Origin: Lama glama
Lineage: Eukaryota
Assembly: GCA_028534125.1 (NCBI GenBank)
Contig: CM052816.1
Coordinates: 19,284,001-19,344,000 of the forward strand
Reading direction: 5' to 3'
Length of the DNA stretch: 60,000 nucleotides
Below are positions 12,861 through 26,061 of this stretch, one piece after another. How positions within the stretch are numbered: the stretch's first letter is position 1; each line of letters starts with the position of its first letter. The position numbers and the translations under genes were made by a program. The notes beneath the pieces are model-generated. The model saw nothing but the letters and a program-made list of their open reading frames with translations, made no database searches and was not told the DNA's origin.

Positions 12861-15189
12861 CATTTCACTCTGGTACTGGTCTTCTTTCATCATTACTTTA
12901 CTCTAAGACCCTGGTGGTGAGGAGGTGCCGCCTGGGCAACTCCTGCAGGTTCTTACGGAAATGCTGCCTCATAAGCCTGTCACCCCTGAGCACCCTGAGA
13001 GTGCGAGGGCCTGGGCCCTGTGGGGGCACGTGGAGGAGGGATAAGCTGGCTGGAGCAGCCCTTCGCCCACGAGACCTGCACTGGCAGAACCAGCTCAGAC
13101 GCAAGGGTGACAATCGAGGGATGACAACCAGAAGACCAAGGGTGGTGCCCTGAGCAAGGAGAGCTGTGCTCTGCCCAAGAGGGCTAGGAGAGCTAAGGAG
13201 GCTTCTGGGAGGAGGTGATCATTGTCCACCTGGAAGGACAGGCTGACTCAGGAGGACCTCAGTGCAGGCCAGCTTCAAAGGGCCTGCGTGGCTGGGTGAG
13301 AAGTCAAGCTGTCCTTCAGAGGTGGTAAGGAGGCGCGTGACAGAATCTGGCCTTCATGAAGCAGTGAGATGAGCAGAGCAGGGCAGGGTCCTGCCTCCTC
13401 CCTGAGCTGCAGCCTGTGTATCTAGGACACCTCAACTCCCTCTCACCCAAAACCCTCGGGCCCTCCTGGAAGGGGAGGTGCAGAGCACAGCTTCTGAGTC
13501 CAGAGAAATGCTCTTTCCAACCTTGTGAGAGACTCACCACAGAGCGAGATAAGGTGAGATATTTCGCAGTAGAGAGAGGGAGCCATGAGGTGCCCCTCGC
13601 CCTCACCTGCCACACCACGCACAGATGGGGCAACACCCCCTTCCTTAATTCAGACCCATCGCCCATGCACCTTCCAAATGCCTGCTCCAACCCCCAGAAG
13701 CCTGCCAGCACTGCTAGAAGTCACCCATCAGCCCCCACCAGACATCCCACCACACCCTCCCCCCTCCCCACCTCCCCCGCTTTCCCCCTGCACACACCCC
13801 AGGCTCTGACAACCTCCCCTGCTGAATCCTGACTTCTACAGGCCTCAACCTGGATGCAATCTCCTTCTCTAATGCCACCCTCCTCCGTGTTCCTGCAACC
13901 TTCAGTGCTTCTGCCCACAGTCCACGCTTGATAAACACTAGCTGAAGGAACAGCCCACAGCCCCTACTTCCCTGACACCATTTCCTGACCTCTGCATGAG
14001 ACTGCTGGCCCCCGGGACACAAGGCCCACCATCTCCTGCTTCTCTAGCTCCTGCCTGATCCTCGCACAGTACTGTACACAGCAGGTGCTCACTAAAGACT
14101 CAGCACAGGCTTCCCCATGCGGCATCTGGTGCGCCGCACCCCAGACAGCCCTTGCTCACTAGCACTGACAAGTCTCCCTGGGAGGCACCTCGGCCTCGGG
14201 GAAGAAGCCCAGCCAGGGCTGAAGTTCCAGGCCTCTTCCTGTTGATTTGGCAGAGCCAGCCTGTGGCTGAGTGGCCAGCTGTCACCCAGCTCTTCTCACA
14301 ACTGCCTAGAGGCCTTGCCTCTGCCTCATTCGTTGCTCCCTCTCTCCCCTGGGAGGCAGCCACTGCCTCTCACCCGAGATGCCTCTGGCTCTCCTAGGCC
14401 GCGGTTCTGAGGCCTTCCTCAGGCTGCCACATTTGGTCCCTTTGTCTCTTAGACCCCAGTTCCTCTGTGAAATGGATTCAGCACCCTCACACCTCAGAGG
14501 GACTGGAATGGGCTTCTGACGCAAGACAACACCCCCCACACATAGGAAAGTTCTCCTAGAATCTTCTAGTCAGGCCCAAGGAATGTATGCAGAAGGGGAA
14601 AAGGACCATCTTCCGTCTCCTTGACTGAAGTCCTACATGGACCCAGGAGAGGGGAGAGTCCATCCCGACCTCATCACCATGGCTGCCTCGCCAGGGGTGC
14701 CAGTTCCATCTACAGCCAACCCTGAACCAATCTGTGTTTGTATCATTTAAAATCCTGGTCCTATTAACAGGTCATGCTCAGTCCCACCTTCATGCCATGC
14801 TCTCTTACCTAGAACGCTCTCCCCGCCCCACATCTGAACCCACACCTCCCTCAAACTCAAGTCCCAGTGCCACCTCCAGGAGGCCCTGAGGCTCTGCCTG
14901 CCCACACCAACCTTTCCTTCTCCAACTTGCAAGCACAGTACTAAGGACTACTGTCCTAGCCCACCTGGTTAGGACCAAACTTGGTGACTCCCCAAGCTGT
15001 GAGCTCCTCTGAGATACAGGACATACAGGCCTAATTCTCCAGCACCCACTCTCCCCAAGAGAGTCTAGAATTTTTTAAGCCATTCTAAATGACTGAAAAG
15101 ATGAATGGATGAACGTGCAAGTGTTTGGTAAATATTTAAACATTCAAATCACAAACTGGGTAATAAAAATATATGAAACATCTTTAATA

Positions 15190-15975
15190 TATAAATAGAT
15201 CTTACCTATCATTAATAGGAAAAAACGTTTAATGAGAAATGAAAAAAATATGTAGACAGCAAATTCAGGTCATAATAAATATAAGTGGCCAGTAAGTACA
15301 CAAAAATATATTTAGCCTCCCAGGTAATAAATGCAAATTAAAACAATAAGATACTCGTTTTTTTCTTTGCAGAGCAGAGGAACGCTTTCAAGTTTAAACA
15401 TTTGATACTTGATCAGAGAGAATAAGGGGAAGCAAACACTCTCAAACATTACTGGCAGGAATGTAAATTACTAGAGACGTTCTGGAAGGCAACTTAGAAA
15501 AAGGAAAAAAAAAAACCCTGAAAAATACAGATACCTTTTCCAGAAATTTACCTTCTAAGCATTTATCTGAAGGAAACAGTTGTGTGAGTGCTGCTAATAC
15601 AAGAATGCTCATCACAGTGTAGTTGGTTATGACTGACACTCAGAAGTAACCTCTGTAACCACATGGGAGAGAGTGGTTTTGAAAACCAGAGCCCATGTGT
15701 ATCCTGGGCTACCACAGAGCCCTCACAAACAAGGCTACCATGATATACGGAATGGTATACAATAATATACATATCAATAAACAATATTGATGTATATGCA
15801 GCAGTACATATCATGATATGACTCTCTGTAAATGAGAACAAGTTACAAAATGGATCAGTCTGATAAGAAAAAGATGTGTGCGGAGAAACAAAAAGACTAG
15901 ATTACAAAATGTTAACAGTGGTTACCTCTGTTCTGTTTGTTCTAGTTTTTCTAAAATTTAGCGTATAGTACTTAC
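15190..15975 (+). mobile_element. Ancient L1 (L1ME-like) 3' fragment
   Basis: A-rich; aaatgcaaattaaaacaataagatac, ctggcaggaatgtaaatt, aaaatgttaacagtggttacctctg are typical of old L1 3' regions. Confidence 0.75.
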
Positions 15976-18489
15976 ACAGAATAACGCTATCACTGTTCAC
16001 TACAGAGCTACCAATCAGGATGGGAAAAGCCCAGTAGTATTTCCTGCCTCACCCTTGCCCCACAACACATACGCGACCTAGCACCAGGCATACACCTAGG
16101 CCTATGCACTTACACTTTCCCACCCAGGTAAGCCAGGCCCCCAGCCACCAGTCCAAGGCTTGTTTTGATCCTCAGCTGAATCTATTCACTGAGCAAATAT
16201 AAAGCATTATACCCCCATACAGATTCCCAATAGCCATCAGCCTACGCCCCTTATAGGAGGTGCCCGCTGACCCCCTGCAGGAGGTGGTGACAGACAGCTG
16301 CCCTCTAGTCAGTGGCTGCTGACCTCAAGCTCTCCCCATAGCCATGTGAAGATAAAGATGATATAGGGAACCAGCCAAGGGTGTAACCCAGCCAGCAACA
16401 GCATCAATCTATCAATTGTAGCATTAATTCACCTAGGAGCTGATGACTTCACCCATCACACTAAGGCCCTGTAAGCACCTCCCGTGGTCTTCCTCATTCT
16501 CTGAAAGTGAAGCAGGGGAAACATGGAGTGGGTGTTGGCCCAGGCTGCTGGTCCAGCCAAGCTCAATAAAAGGCAGGAAATGGACAGAGAGGCAATGCTG
16601 AATCCATGCCAGGCACAGTGGTTGGCACCTCACACACTGACAACCCTCAGAGCAGACTGGCAAGGAGATGCAGGAACCGCGGTGTCTTGACCTATAAACT
16701 GGGGTCCTGAGGCGACTGTGTGACTTTCTCAAGGCCACACAGCTAAGAAGGGCCGAGCAGAGATTTGAACTCTGATCCTCCTGCCTCTTCCATGATACTG
16801 ACACTTGCAAGATGATAGGACTCAATTCCCCAACCCTAACACCCACACCCCGCAAGGTTCAAGGAACCCCAAGGCACCGGAATCAATGAACCAGGACCAG
16901 GTCCTCTCTCCTAGGCCTGCCCTGATTCATAAACGGAAGTGCCTGGGCTGCCTCTTCACCAGCTTGATATTGTGGATCAGGAAACAAGTATCAAGAAAGC
17001 ACTCACCTGGCCCAGAGGCTGCCTGTCGCCTGGTTGCATCATAGCGCAGTGGCCCCATCCAAACTATCACAGGCAGCTTGGGTGCTGCTGGAAGAGCCTT
17101 GGCCCCAGCTATTAGGGTGGGCCCGGGTGGGTGGTGCTAGGCGAGGGAGAGAGGAAAGAGGGGACCCACCGTGCAGGTCTCTGTTGCCGAAACCACGAAG
17201 CAAAATATTTTCATTCATGAGTTCATCCAGCCTAAACATGCATCTAATCCCTGGGAACTGGCAGTTCAAAACGGCTCCCAGGCAGGAGAAAGACTGAGCA
17301 CTCAGTTCAAAGGCAAAAGGAGCCAGGCTTTACCGCTTATCACCCAGTGACCGTAAGCAGAGTCAAGGAGCTGCCTGGGCCTCCCATCTCCAGCCCAGCC
17401 AGGGAGACCAGCTTCTTAAAGAGCCCAGGGCCCCAGCACCAACAGCTCTGAGTCTGCCCACCCTCCTCCTCAACTGGGCCTTTCTGGAGAAGGAGAAGAG
17501 GCCTTTCTGCTCAGTTGCCGGGTGCAGCTTCCCTCTCAAGATGGGTCTTAACTTGACGTGGCAGCAGCACTAGTCTGGGGTGGGGTTGCTAAATGGGTCT
17601 GGATACACCCTCTGCTCAAGTAGACTGCTGCTTTCTGCCAGGAAGGGCCTTCGGACACCCAGTGACCATGGAGAAAGGGAGAAGGAGGGAGGCATGGGCT
17701 CTACAAAGCTCTGCTCCGCACCAGCGCGAAAGGGATGTGCACAGGCAGTGATCAGCACCCCTGCCTCTCCCCGCAAGGCTGGCTGTGAGTTCAAGGAGGC
17801 AGGCTTGGGCCACTCTGAGTCTCAGGGACTGGCCCTGGGGCCTCCTCTGGCTGGGCTGGCCAGGTTCTCTACCTGGAAGGCAGGTTGGCTGCCGTAAAGA
17901 AGATCTCCTTAGATGCTTCCCGGGCAGGGAGTGTTTATACAGCCCAGAACTTGTAATCTCTTTGGGAAACTAGGTTGCCTGAGGGAATTTGAGTAGGAAA
18001 GGAAAATAAAAAGCAGCAACAGCAATCTCCCTATGGCCCTTGCTTGACTGATACTTTCAAGAAAATTAAGTGGTACAGCAAGCCAGCTCCTTGAGAAACT
18101 AATTTTGCATGAAGGCAACACCAAACCTATTTTTCCCTTGGAGTGTCCTCTTCCCTCCAATCATCAGCAATCTCTGAATCCTTTAAGTTTTCAGCGCTGC
18201 CAACCCCTTCCTAACTTATTGGTAGTGCTACTGGATTTTATGGTAAGAAAACTAAAGCACCTAGACCTGGCATGTAATTTGTAGCCGGAGAGAATTCTGC
18301 GGTCCTGTTTCCTACCTTCAAGGCTTAGGACCTCCAGGATGCAGCTTTTTTCTTGGGTCTCCGGGTTCCCATGGAGAGACAAGGAGGGCCCCAAAAAACA
18401 ACAAATGCTTCGTGTAACTGAGCCCCAGTGTTTACTGCACCACGAGGTGCCGGCGTCTCACATGCCGGGTGCTAATTCTCCCCCTGCAA

Positions 18490-18600
18490 GGTAAAGCCCC
18501 ATTTTACACGTGAGGAAACCGAAGTTCAGAGGGATGAAGCAAGGTGTCCCAGATCACACAGGGAGTAAACAGGAGTGTCAGGACACAGCCCAGGGTTCCA
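18490..18600 (-). mobile_element. MIR fragment
   Basis: cccattttacacgtgaggaaaccgaagttcagaggg ... ccagatcacacag. Confidence 0.7.
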
Positions 18601-19269
18601 AAAGCTATGTGAGCCTAGAAACAAAATCCAGGCAAGCCCAGGACCTGCTTTCTCGCACCACACCAAGTCCTACCTGGTGGCCATCTGTTCTCAGGCATCC
18701 AGAGAAAATCAGGGGCCTCCAGGAAAGAGGTCTCCAGCCTCAGGGATTACACAGTGAAAGCCAAACATGGGTCTGCAGGTCGCCCACTCACTCCTGCGTC
18801 CTTTCCCATCCTGAGCAGCCCTGTCTCATCCGCTTTCCTAATGGAAAAACAACACTACATTTGGAGGCAGAACACTAGGTTCCAGGCCCAGCTTTGAGGG
18901 TGATCTTGGTGACATCACCTCACCCACATGAGGCTCAGTTTGCTCACCTGCAGAATGGACATGACAATCCTGTTGGCCCTGCCAGCTCATGACACTGGTG
19001 AAACACTATGCCATGAAATGGAACAAGACTGTAGCTGGGATGTGGGCTGCAGTGAAGTTGCTGGAACTGCAGACTGGGCCCTGAGATCCCTCTCACCCCT
19101 CAAAGCTGGGTGCTGGTGCTCCCCAGATACATCCTGGGCTCACCTCCTCTCCAGTGAGAGTCCCTCAAGGGCATGACCCACCCATGGATCCTTGTAATCT
19201 GTGGGGTCACTTGCTGGCCCTGCTCTGGGATACGGCCCCAAGGACACTGAACTCCTGGGGTTGGAGTGG

Positions 19270-19515
19270 GGCAGTGTGGTCAAGCGGTCATGAGGGGGCC
19301 TTTAACCATGCCTGCCCGATTCTAGGGTCCCAGCTCTGCTCCAGACTAGCTGTGTGACCTTAAGCAAGTTACCTCACCACTCTGAGATTCAGTGTCCTTA
19401 TATTTTACATGGGGATCGTGGTATCTACCTCATAGGACTCTTGGGAAGACTGAAAAAACATGTAAAGTTCTTAGCACAGAGTCTGGCACAGGTAAGTGTT
19501 CAATAAATGGTAGTC
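19270..19515 (+). mobile_element. MIR SINE, near full length
   Basis: ctagctgtgtgaccttaagcaagttacc ... tacctcatagga ... catgtaaagttcttagcacagagtctggcacaggtaagtgttcaataaatggtag. Confidence 0.9.
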
Positions 19516-19576
19516 TGAACCCCATCAAGTGATGTAACAGCCTCAGACCTAAACAAGGGCAGAGAAGGACCTAGAT

Positions 19577-20132
19577 CAGTGCTGTCCCACAGAAATCTAA
19601 CACCACTCACAAATACAACTTCTAGTTTCTAGAAGCCACTTCCAAAGTAAACAGAAGCAGGTGAAGTTAATTTTAATAATATATTTTCTTTAACCCAATA
19701 TACCCCAGATATTATCATTTCAATATGTAATAAATATAAAAAAATTATTAATGGGATGTCTTACATTTTTTCCTTCTATGTCTTTGAACTCCGGTGTGTA
19801 TTTTAAGCTTACAGCAGGTGTCAATTCAGATGCTAGATTTTCCTCAGAAATACTTAATCAGTATTTAGGTCTCATAAAATTCACAGTTATAAAAGTAAAT
19901 TCGCATGCCCAAGTTATTCCAAACATACTTAAGAGTTTTCTAATAACTTTGAGTCCTTGGGTCAGCTTTTTATACTTTTTTCTCTCCTCCCTTCTGGCAG
20001 GCTGTACTTGATTTTAAATTTAAATTAATTAAGATGTTTAAATATTGAAAACTCAGCTCCTCAGCCCCTGAGTCCCATGTGTAATGTTCTGAAGCCCCAC
20101 ATGGCCAGTGGCCATTGCTCTGGACAGTGCAG
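19577..20132. mobile_element. hAT-Charlie non-autonomous element (MER33/Charlie5-type)
   Basis: Terminal inverted repeats cagtgctgtcc / ggacagtgca; internal aggtgaagttaattttaataatatattttctttaacccaatata matches recalled MER33. Confidence 0.8.
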
Positions 20133-21039
20133 GTTTAGGTGTGTGGGGAAAATGAGACCCCAGTTGGGAGGACCATTCACTCAGGGCCCCACCACTGCAG
20201 AAACGGGCCCCTTGTCCCAGGGCTGGGATGTAGGACCCCCTGAGGCAGGTGATGCCCCAGAAGGCTCTGTGCAGACCCTCTGCTCCCACTGAACCTCTTG
20301 TTCCCTCAGCTCTCTTTCAGAAAATGTGCCCATTTCACAGCTGCCCTGGCCAGGAGGCGCCCCCCGACTCTGCCCATGAATGTGCCTCTCTTCACAGCCG
20401 AAGATTTTGCTCACAAAAAACAACCCTTGGAATCTCAAGGGGAAAATGATGAAGAGGCTTATCCAGTTGCTAACTAGCCACCTCTTTGAAGACAGGAGCC
20501 AATTTTTTATTGTTTCTGTGTGCATGCCAGAAGCTTCTGGACGTCAAGAGAGAAGGATGGAGCACAGCTAGGAGGAGCAGCCTGCCAGCAGGGAGGAGGG
20601 AGGGGACTATAAAAAAGTAAGACCCCAAGACTCAAAAAGTAGAGCCCTGGAGCCACTTAGCGCAGGGCAGACAGCGCGCCCCACCCTCAGAGGGCGTCCC
20701 CAGAGCGAAGCCCGGAACAGGCGTGACCACAGCCTGCAGTTACCGCACAGGTTCCTCTCATACACTCTTGCCTTCGGAATCAGGAAATATGGGCCACAAG
20801 AAAATGTAACAGAAAGACTTCCATAAAGAAGAGGAAAAGGAAGCCATGAGAAATCCAGAGAGCCAGGAGCCGCCCACTCCCAGAAACCAAGAAATGACTG
20901 AGGGATGTACTGAGATGGGCACCTACAGGTAATCCATTTAAAAAATAAAAATAAAACAAACCACAAAAAAAGGTTACAGCAATCACTTGAATTTGGTTAG
21001 TAAAACTACTCCTATGTGCAGCCTGATATCTGGACACAT

Positions 21040-21192
21040 CATATGTTTATCTGTCCGATATCTGACTTTCCCAGTGGAATACAAGCTCCATGCAGGCAGG
21101 AGCTTCTATTTCTCTCACTGCTGTATCCCCAGTGCCTGGCACTCATCACACTGAAGGATGAATGGATGGACAGACGGACGGATGGATGAACA
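21040..21192 (+). mobile_element. L2 3' end
   Basis: aagctccatgcaggcagg ... ctgctgtatccccagtgcctggcac ... gaatggatgga tail. Confidence 0.8.
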
Positions 21193-22329
21193 GACTCCAA
21201 GCTGCCCCCTAAACTCAACACCCTTTGGTCATTCAAGAAATATTTATTTTCCCATGTTCACCTGCCCCAGGTAGTACACTGGTCACATTTTTCATACAGA
21301 GCAAGTTCTAAATGTTCAGCTTAAAAAAAAAAAACTGTAATCAATCATTTACCTGCATTAGGCTCCAATCTGTCCCCAGAGATTGTGGTACGCCTTTCTC
21401 CAAGCCACAGGAAGAAGGGGTCAACAGAGCAAGCACGTGCCAGCCGTGAGCACAAGGTGTGTGACTGTCCCGTCCTCCCCCAGGCCTGGGCAGTCAGGCT
21501 CTGGACGTGCGTGAAAGGGAGAGGCAGCCCCAGCTCTCCCCTGAGCACCCCTCACCCGTCGTCACCACAGGCCAAGAGGACCCTGCAGCACAGAACGCCC
21601 TCTTTTATCTCAGAGCAGGGCTTGGCCGCTCCACGTGACCTGCACGTGGGGGGTCCAGAAAATGGAGTGGCATGTGCAGCAGCACTTATACCTGTGTTTA
21701 ATTTCTGCTTAATAAGACAAGTAAAACGCTCTACCTAAAGGCCAGCTGACGGCAGGACACCCATTTCCGGATTAACAGCTCTGTTAGAGATGTTTCCAGT
21801 AAGCAAATGACCTCTCTGTGATGTCTATAATTATATCCACATAACATATAAATCTCAATACACTTTTAATAAGCAGTTAATACTCTGATATAAAATATTT
21901 ACATCTCAACCAAATTCATCCTGCATGGAGGAGTCCTGGTTTACCGAGTTATTAAATCCGCGGCCATCCATCAGTCACCCCAGCTAAACAGAGAACTGAG
22001 GGAGCTAGAGCGAGCTTCCTTCCCTCCCCAGCATTGGCTACTAATGCCTCTCCAGCCTGGCACTTTAGATATAACCAGATGCCTTCTGCCCACTGTCCTC
22101 GTGGGGATGGCAGGACCGCCGTCATGGCAAAGCCCTCTTAAAATCCTTGCCAGCAGCCGGAGAATCCCCATGGATCTTCCCTCCCTGTGCACCCCACCTT
22201 TGGACTGATACATCATGAGGACCCACGACAGGTCCTAGGCAAGCTGCCAAGGCTACCAGGGTGGGAAGATGACACACAGTCCCTGCAGGACTCACCACAC
22301 AGCCAACACCAACTTCTAAGACCAGCTCA

Positions 22330-22650
22330 CATGTCACCTCCTCTGAAACCTTCTTAGCAGCTCAACTACTGCAGCTGGCCATCCTTGACGCCTCTCTCTC
22401 ACTCCCACATCCAACCCAGTAGCAATTCCTCTTGGCCCTCCCTTCAGAATGCATCCAGGTTCCCCCTCCTCTCATGACTTCCACTGCCTCCACTTTGGTC
22501 TGAGTCTTCACCGTCTCCCGACCTTGATCCCTGTAACCACCTCCACCCCATCCTTATCCCACCAGGCTTGGAACAAAAGAGCAGCCGGAATCTCACTTTA
22601 CATTTTAAAACAATGATTCTGTGCTCAGCAGCCTTCACCGGCTTCTCATT
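22330..22650 (+). mobile_element. L2 fragment (5' part, interrupted by a Charlie element)
   Basis: ctctctcactcccacatccaaccc ... ccttcagaatgcatccag ... pyrimidine-rich L2 body. Confidence 0.7.
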
Positions 22651-22689
22651 AAGGTGGGTTCAGACTCTACAACAGAGTTTCTTTGCCAG

Positions 22690-23115
22690 CTCTGTGCCAT
22701 GACTCTCTGTAGGTTGGCGACACCAGAAGATTCCATCTTTCGGAAAGGTTTTACGTGCATAAAAATTATATACCATTACAAATGAAACCAATTCCACTGA
22801 AATTGTTAGTGTTTAAAATCTGTGGAATCATGGTACGTGTGCATTAAATCATAGGCTTTGCAGCTACTGTCAATTTGAACTAGTGGCGAGAAGAAATACT
22901 TCAAGATATCTGGAACAGTTTTAATGTAGAATAAAAATACCTATAATTTGCGTTGTTGATAAAGTCACAAGTGGGTTTTTTTTTGGCCAACAATCGTAAT
23001 CGAAAGGTATGCCAAATTTCAGTTCAAAGTTAAGAAAAACGAAGGTGTCATTTTTTTCCCCATTCAAGCTCAGAGACCCCATGAACTCCTTAGGGGTCAA
23101 AGGATATGAGGATAA
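22690..23115. mobile_element. hAT-Charlie (Charlie4a-like) element
   Basis: aaatgaaaccaatt, gataaagtcacaag, atgccaaatttcagtt, ttttttccccattcaagctcagagacccc match recalled Charlie4a. Confidence 0.7.
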
Positions 23116-23119
23116 AACC

Positions 23120-24010
23120 CCACTCCACATGATCTGCACCCCTCACCTTCTCTGTCCCGAGGCTCCTCTCTGCTGTGGCCCGTCCACTTCACACGCACTG
23201 GCCACCAGCTGCTCCCCCAACACATCCTAGACATTCTTACCTTAGGATTTGCCCCATCTGCGTGGATAACTTCTCCATCTCCTTCAAGTCTCTGCTCAAA
23301 TCTTACTGTCCCCTGAGAGGTACTCAGCCCCCAGCATTTTCCAAACCTCTAGTCCTGCTCTGGTTGTTTTGTTTTTCTGTAGCATTTATTACCTTCTAAC
23401 AGGCTACATTGTTAACTTATTTATTTTAGCTGTTATGTATTCTATTCCTCCTCTCCTGCTCCCTCCCTCTCTCTCTCTCTTCTAGGATGTAAGCTCCTTG
23501 CAGAGAGAGATTTTTGTCTGTTTTGTTCAGTGATTCATCCCTAGCTCCTAGGACAGGGCCAGGTAGATAACAGGAACCCAAATACTTGCTGGATAAAAAA
23601 AAAATGAGTATGAACAAATGAACAGCCTCCTCAGTGTTCTCACGCTGCACTAGCCAATATCCTCCAGTCCATCTTTTATCACATCCGATCACATCACTCC
23701 TCTCCTAAGACTTGTCAGGAGTCTCCACCCCACTGGTGTGAAGGCTGACTTCCTGACCAACACTCCCAGAGCCCTCCACGTGTGCTGGTCCCTGACCGTC
23801 TCTCCAGCCTTGTCTCATCCCTTCATCCTGACCATCCCAGCTCTCTGTACCTACCTCTGCAGTCTTCCATTGGTTTCTGTCCCTGTGAGGCCTCATCTGG
23901 TTCAATTCCCCTCTGGGTCTCCAGCATCCAGCTCTGGGGCCCGGTGCCTAGCTAGTGCCCAGGGACTGTTTGATGGATGCATACACGAGTGAATAAGCTA
24001 GTGGATGAAC
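23120..24010 (+). mobile_element. L2 fragments (L2a-like 3' end at about 23620, second L2 to about 24010)
   Basis: tccttcaagtctctgctcaaat, ctaggatgtaagctccttgcagagagagatttttgtctgttttgttcagtga ... cccctagctcctaggacagggcc. Confidence 0.8.
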
Positions 24011-24964
24011 CAGAAGCAGAAACCATCTGGCTGTCGCCCGAGCGGCAGGCTCACAGACACCAGGCACACGCCCCGGGTGGGGCCGGGCACTCCGACTCTC
24101 AACTGAACGTTTCACAGGGGACCCACAGAAGCTGGTTCTCCGTTTGAAGAGATAATCCATCTAATAACAGGATTAGTTCAGGCACATCCCCTAAACCATA
24201 CACTTGAAATCTCTGCCTGGGCAAACGTTTGGTCGGCCTCTGCCAGGATCCCACCTTCACCAACCACAGGCCGTGCTCATCACACATGGTTCTATAGCTC
24301 TGCCAAGCCACCCACGGGGCCACAGGTGGGGGTGCTCAGAGAGGAGCAGCCTACAGGAGGCCCTGACATCTCCAGAGCCACGAGTCCCCACTGCACAGCC
24401 CTGCCATACACCCCCCACCCCTATGACATCACCTGCTCTTACCTGTGCCAAGAAAGGCGATTATGCGGGCACAGCAGAAAAGGATACCCCAAGAGGGCAA
24501 ACACCAGTGGCTCTGAACTGAAAAGTGACATGTGGCAGCACCTGGGGAAGCAAGCTCCAGAACTGTGCCAAGCTCACGTGGGGTGATGGCGCTGTGATGG
24601 CATTTTAGGTGCCAGTGTCCAGACACTCTGTCCAACAGGGTACCAGCCTGAGCGACTCTGGGTTCTGCTGTCCCAGGCATACCCCTGTATCTTACTGGCT
24701 CCCATAAAATCACAAATTGACGAAAGAAGGCCCAACTCAAGGGGGTGGCTGTGGAGGAGTCACAGAAAAGGCTGAAAGGGGTGGTGCCAGCCAATGGCAG
24801 GACGGCAGAGGGAGCAGAATTGTCCAAGGCTGGGGCGAGGGTCGGGGGAGACAGCCACAGCAAGGCAAGTCACAGACAGTGCGCTGAGACAGGACTGCCA
24901 GCTCCAAACCCCTCCCTCATTGCTGAGCTAACTGCCACAGTAAGAACTCGGACAGCTTCACCGG

Positions 24965-25150
24965 TCACAGCTGTGTCATCTGATATGATAGTCACATGGA
25001 GCTACTGAAAATTAAATGAGCATTAATCAAAATTCAACAAAATTCAACAGTTTGTTCCTTCAGTCATACTAGCCACTTTTCAAATGTTCAATAGGTAATC
25101 CCATGTTGGACAGCACAGAGTAGAGCATTTCCTTCATCACTGATGAAGTT
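24965..25150. mobile_element. MER3-like hAT-Charlie fragment
   Basis: ttccttcagtcatactagccacttttcaaatgttcaatag ... ttggacagcacagagtagagcatttcc. Confidence 0.65.
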
Positions 25151-25569
25151 AAATAATAAAACTGCTATGAAAAAACAGCCCAGCACGGTGCCCAGCAGAC
25201 AGTAGGTGTCTAATACTCTTCGTCCTTCCCATGAAGTCCCGTCACTCCTGCAGTCTGTCACTGCTCATGCTGCCTTCTTGAAGCCCTCTTAGGTAGCAGC
25301 TGCCTAGTCCCTAGAGCATGCCTCCCTCAGGGTCGGGAGAGATGGGTCACCATCCTCTTTGCTCTCCACTGCCACTTCTCAACTGAGCTGTCACCCTAAA
25401 TCTCACCCTAATGTCACCCTAAATAGAAGCCCTAAGAGGATAAGAAGTTTACTCATAGGAAGCTGGTTGATAACAAGTCATTGAAAGGGCTAGAAAAATC
25501 AGCTGTGGATGGGCCTCCAGGAGGGAATTCCCAACCCCACTGAGCCTGCCTACCAATCTGAATGCAGGG

Positions 25570-26061
25570 GTAGCTGGCAGAGTGATGGCTTCCCAAGGAT
25601 ATTCATGTCTCAAACCCTGGAACCTGTGAATGTTTTGCATTCCATGGCAAAGGGGAATTAAGGTAATAGATGAAATTAAGTTGGAAATCGGTTGACTTTA
25701 AGATAGGGAGACTGTCCTGGATTATCTGGATGGGCCCATGTAATCACAAGGGCCCTTAAATGCAGTGGATAGAGGCAGAAGAGTCAGTATCAGAATGACA
25801 ATGTAGGAGAAAGACATGACCAGTTCTTGTTGACTTTGAAGATGGACGAGTCCATGAGCCAAGGAATGAGGGCCACCTCTGGAAGCCGGAAAAGGCAAGA
25901 AAATGGATTTTCCCCTCAAGCCTCCAGAAAAGAATGAAGCCCTGATACCAACCATGATTTTGGCCCAGCAGGATCCATTTCAGATTCCTGACCTTCAGAA
26001 CTGTAAGTGAATAAACTGGGATCATGGTAATTTGTTACAGCAGCCATGGGAAGCTCATACA
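25570..26061 (+). mobile_element. MLT1D-like ERVL-MaLR LTR
   Basis: ccctggaacctgtgaatgtt ... ggattatctggatgggcccatgtaatcacaagggcccttaaa ... gagccaaggaatg ... ctgaccttcagaactgtaag ... gtaatttgttacagcagc ... taca. Confidence 0.9.

Noticed and set aside
12898..12975. Protein-like minus-strand peptide MRQHFRKNLQELPRRHLLTTRVLE
   Set aside because: No pyrimidine-tract acceptor and no match I can recognise
20740..20985. Minus-strand pyrimidine tract and acceptor near 20922 with hydrophobic ORFs
   Set aside because: Hydrophobic bias comes from T-rich sequence; no clear donor or recognisable protein
25389..25424. Three tandem copies of tcaccctaa, superficially telomere-like
   Set aside because: An 11-12-bp local slippage repeat, not (CCCTAA)n
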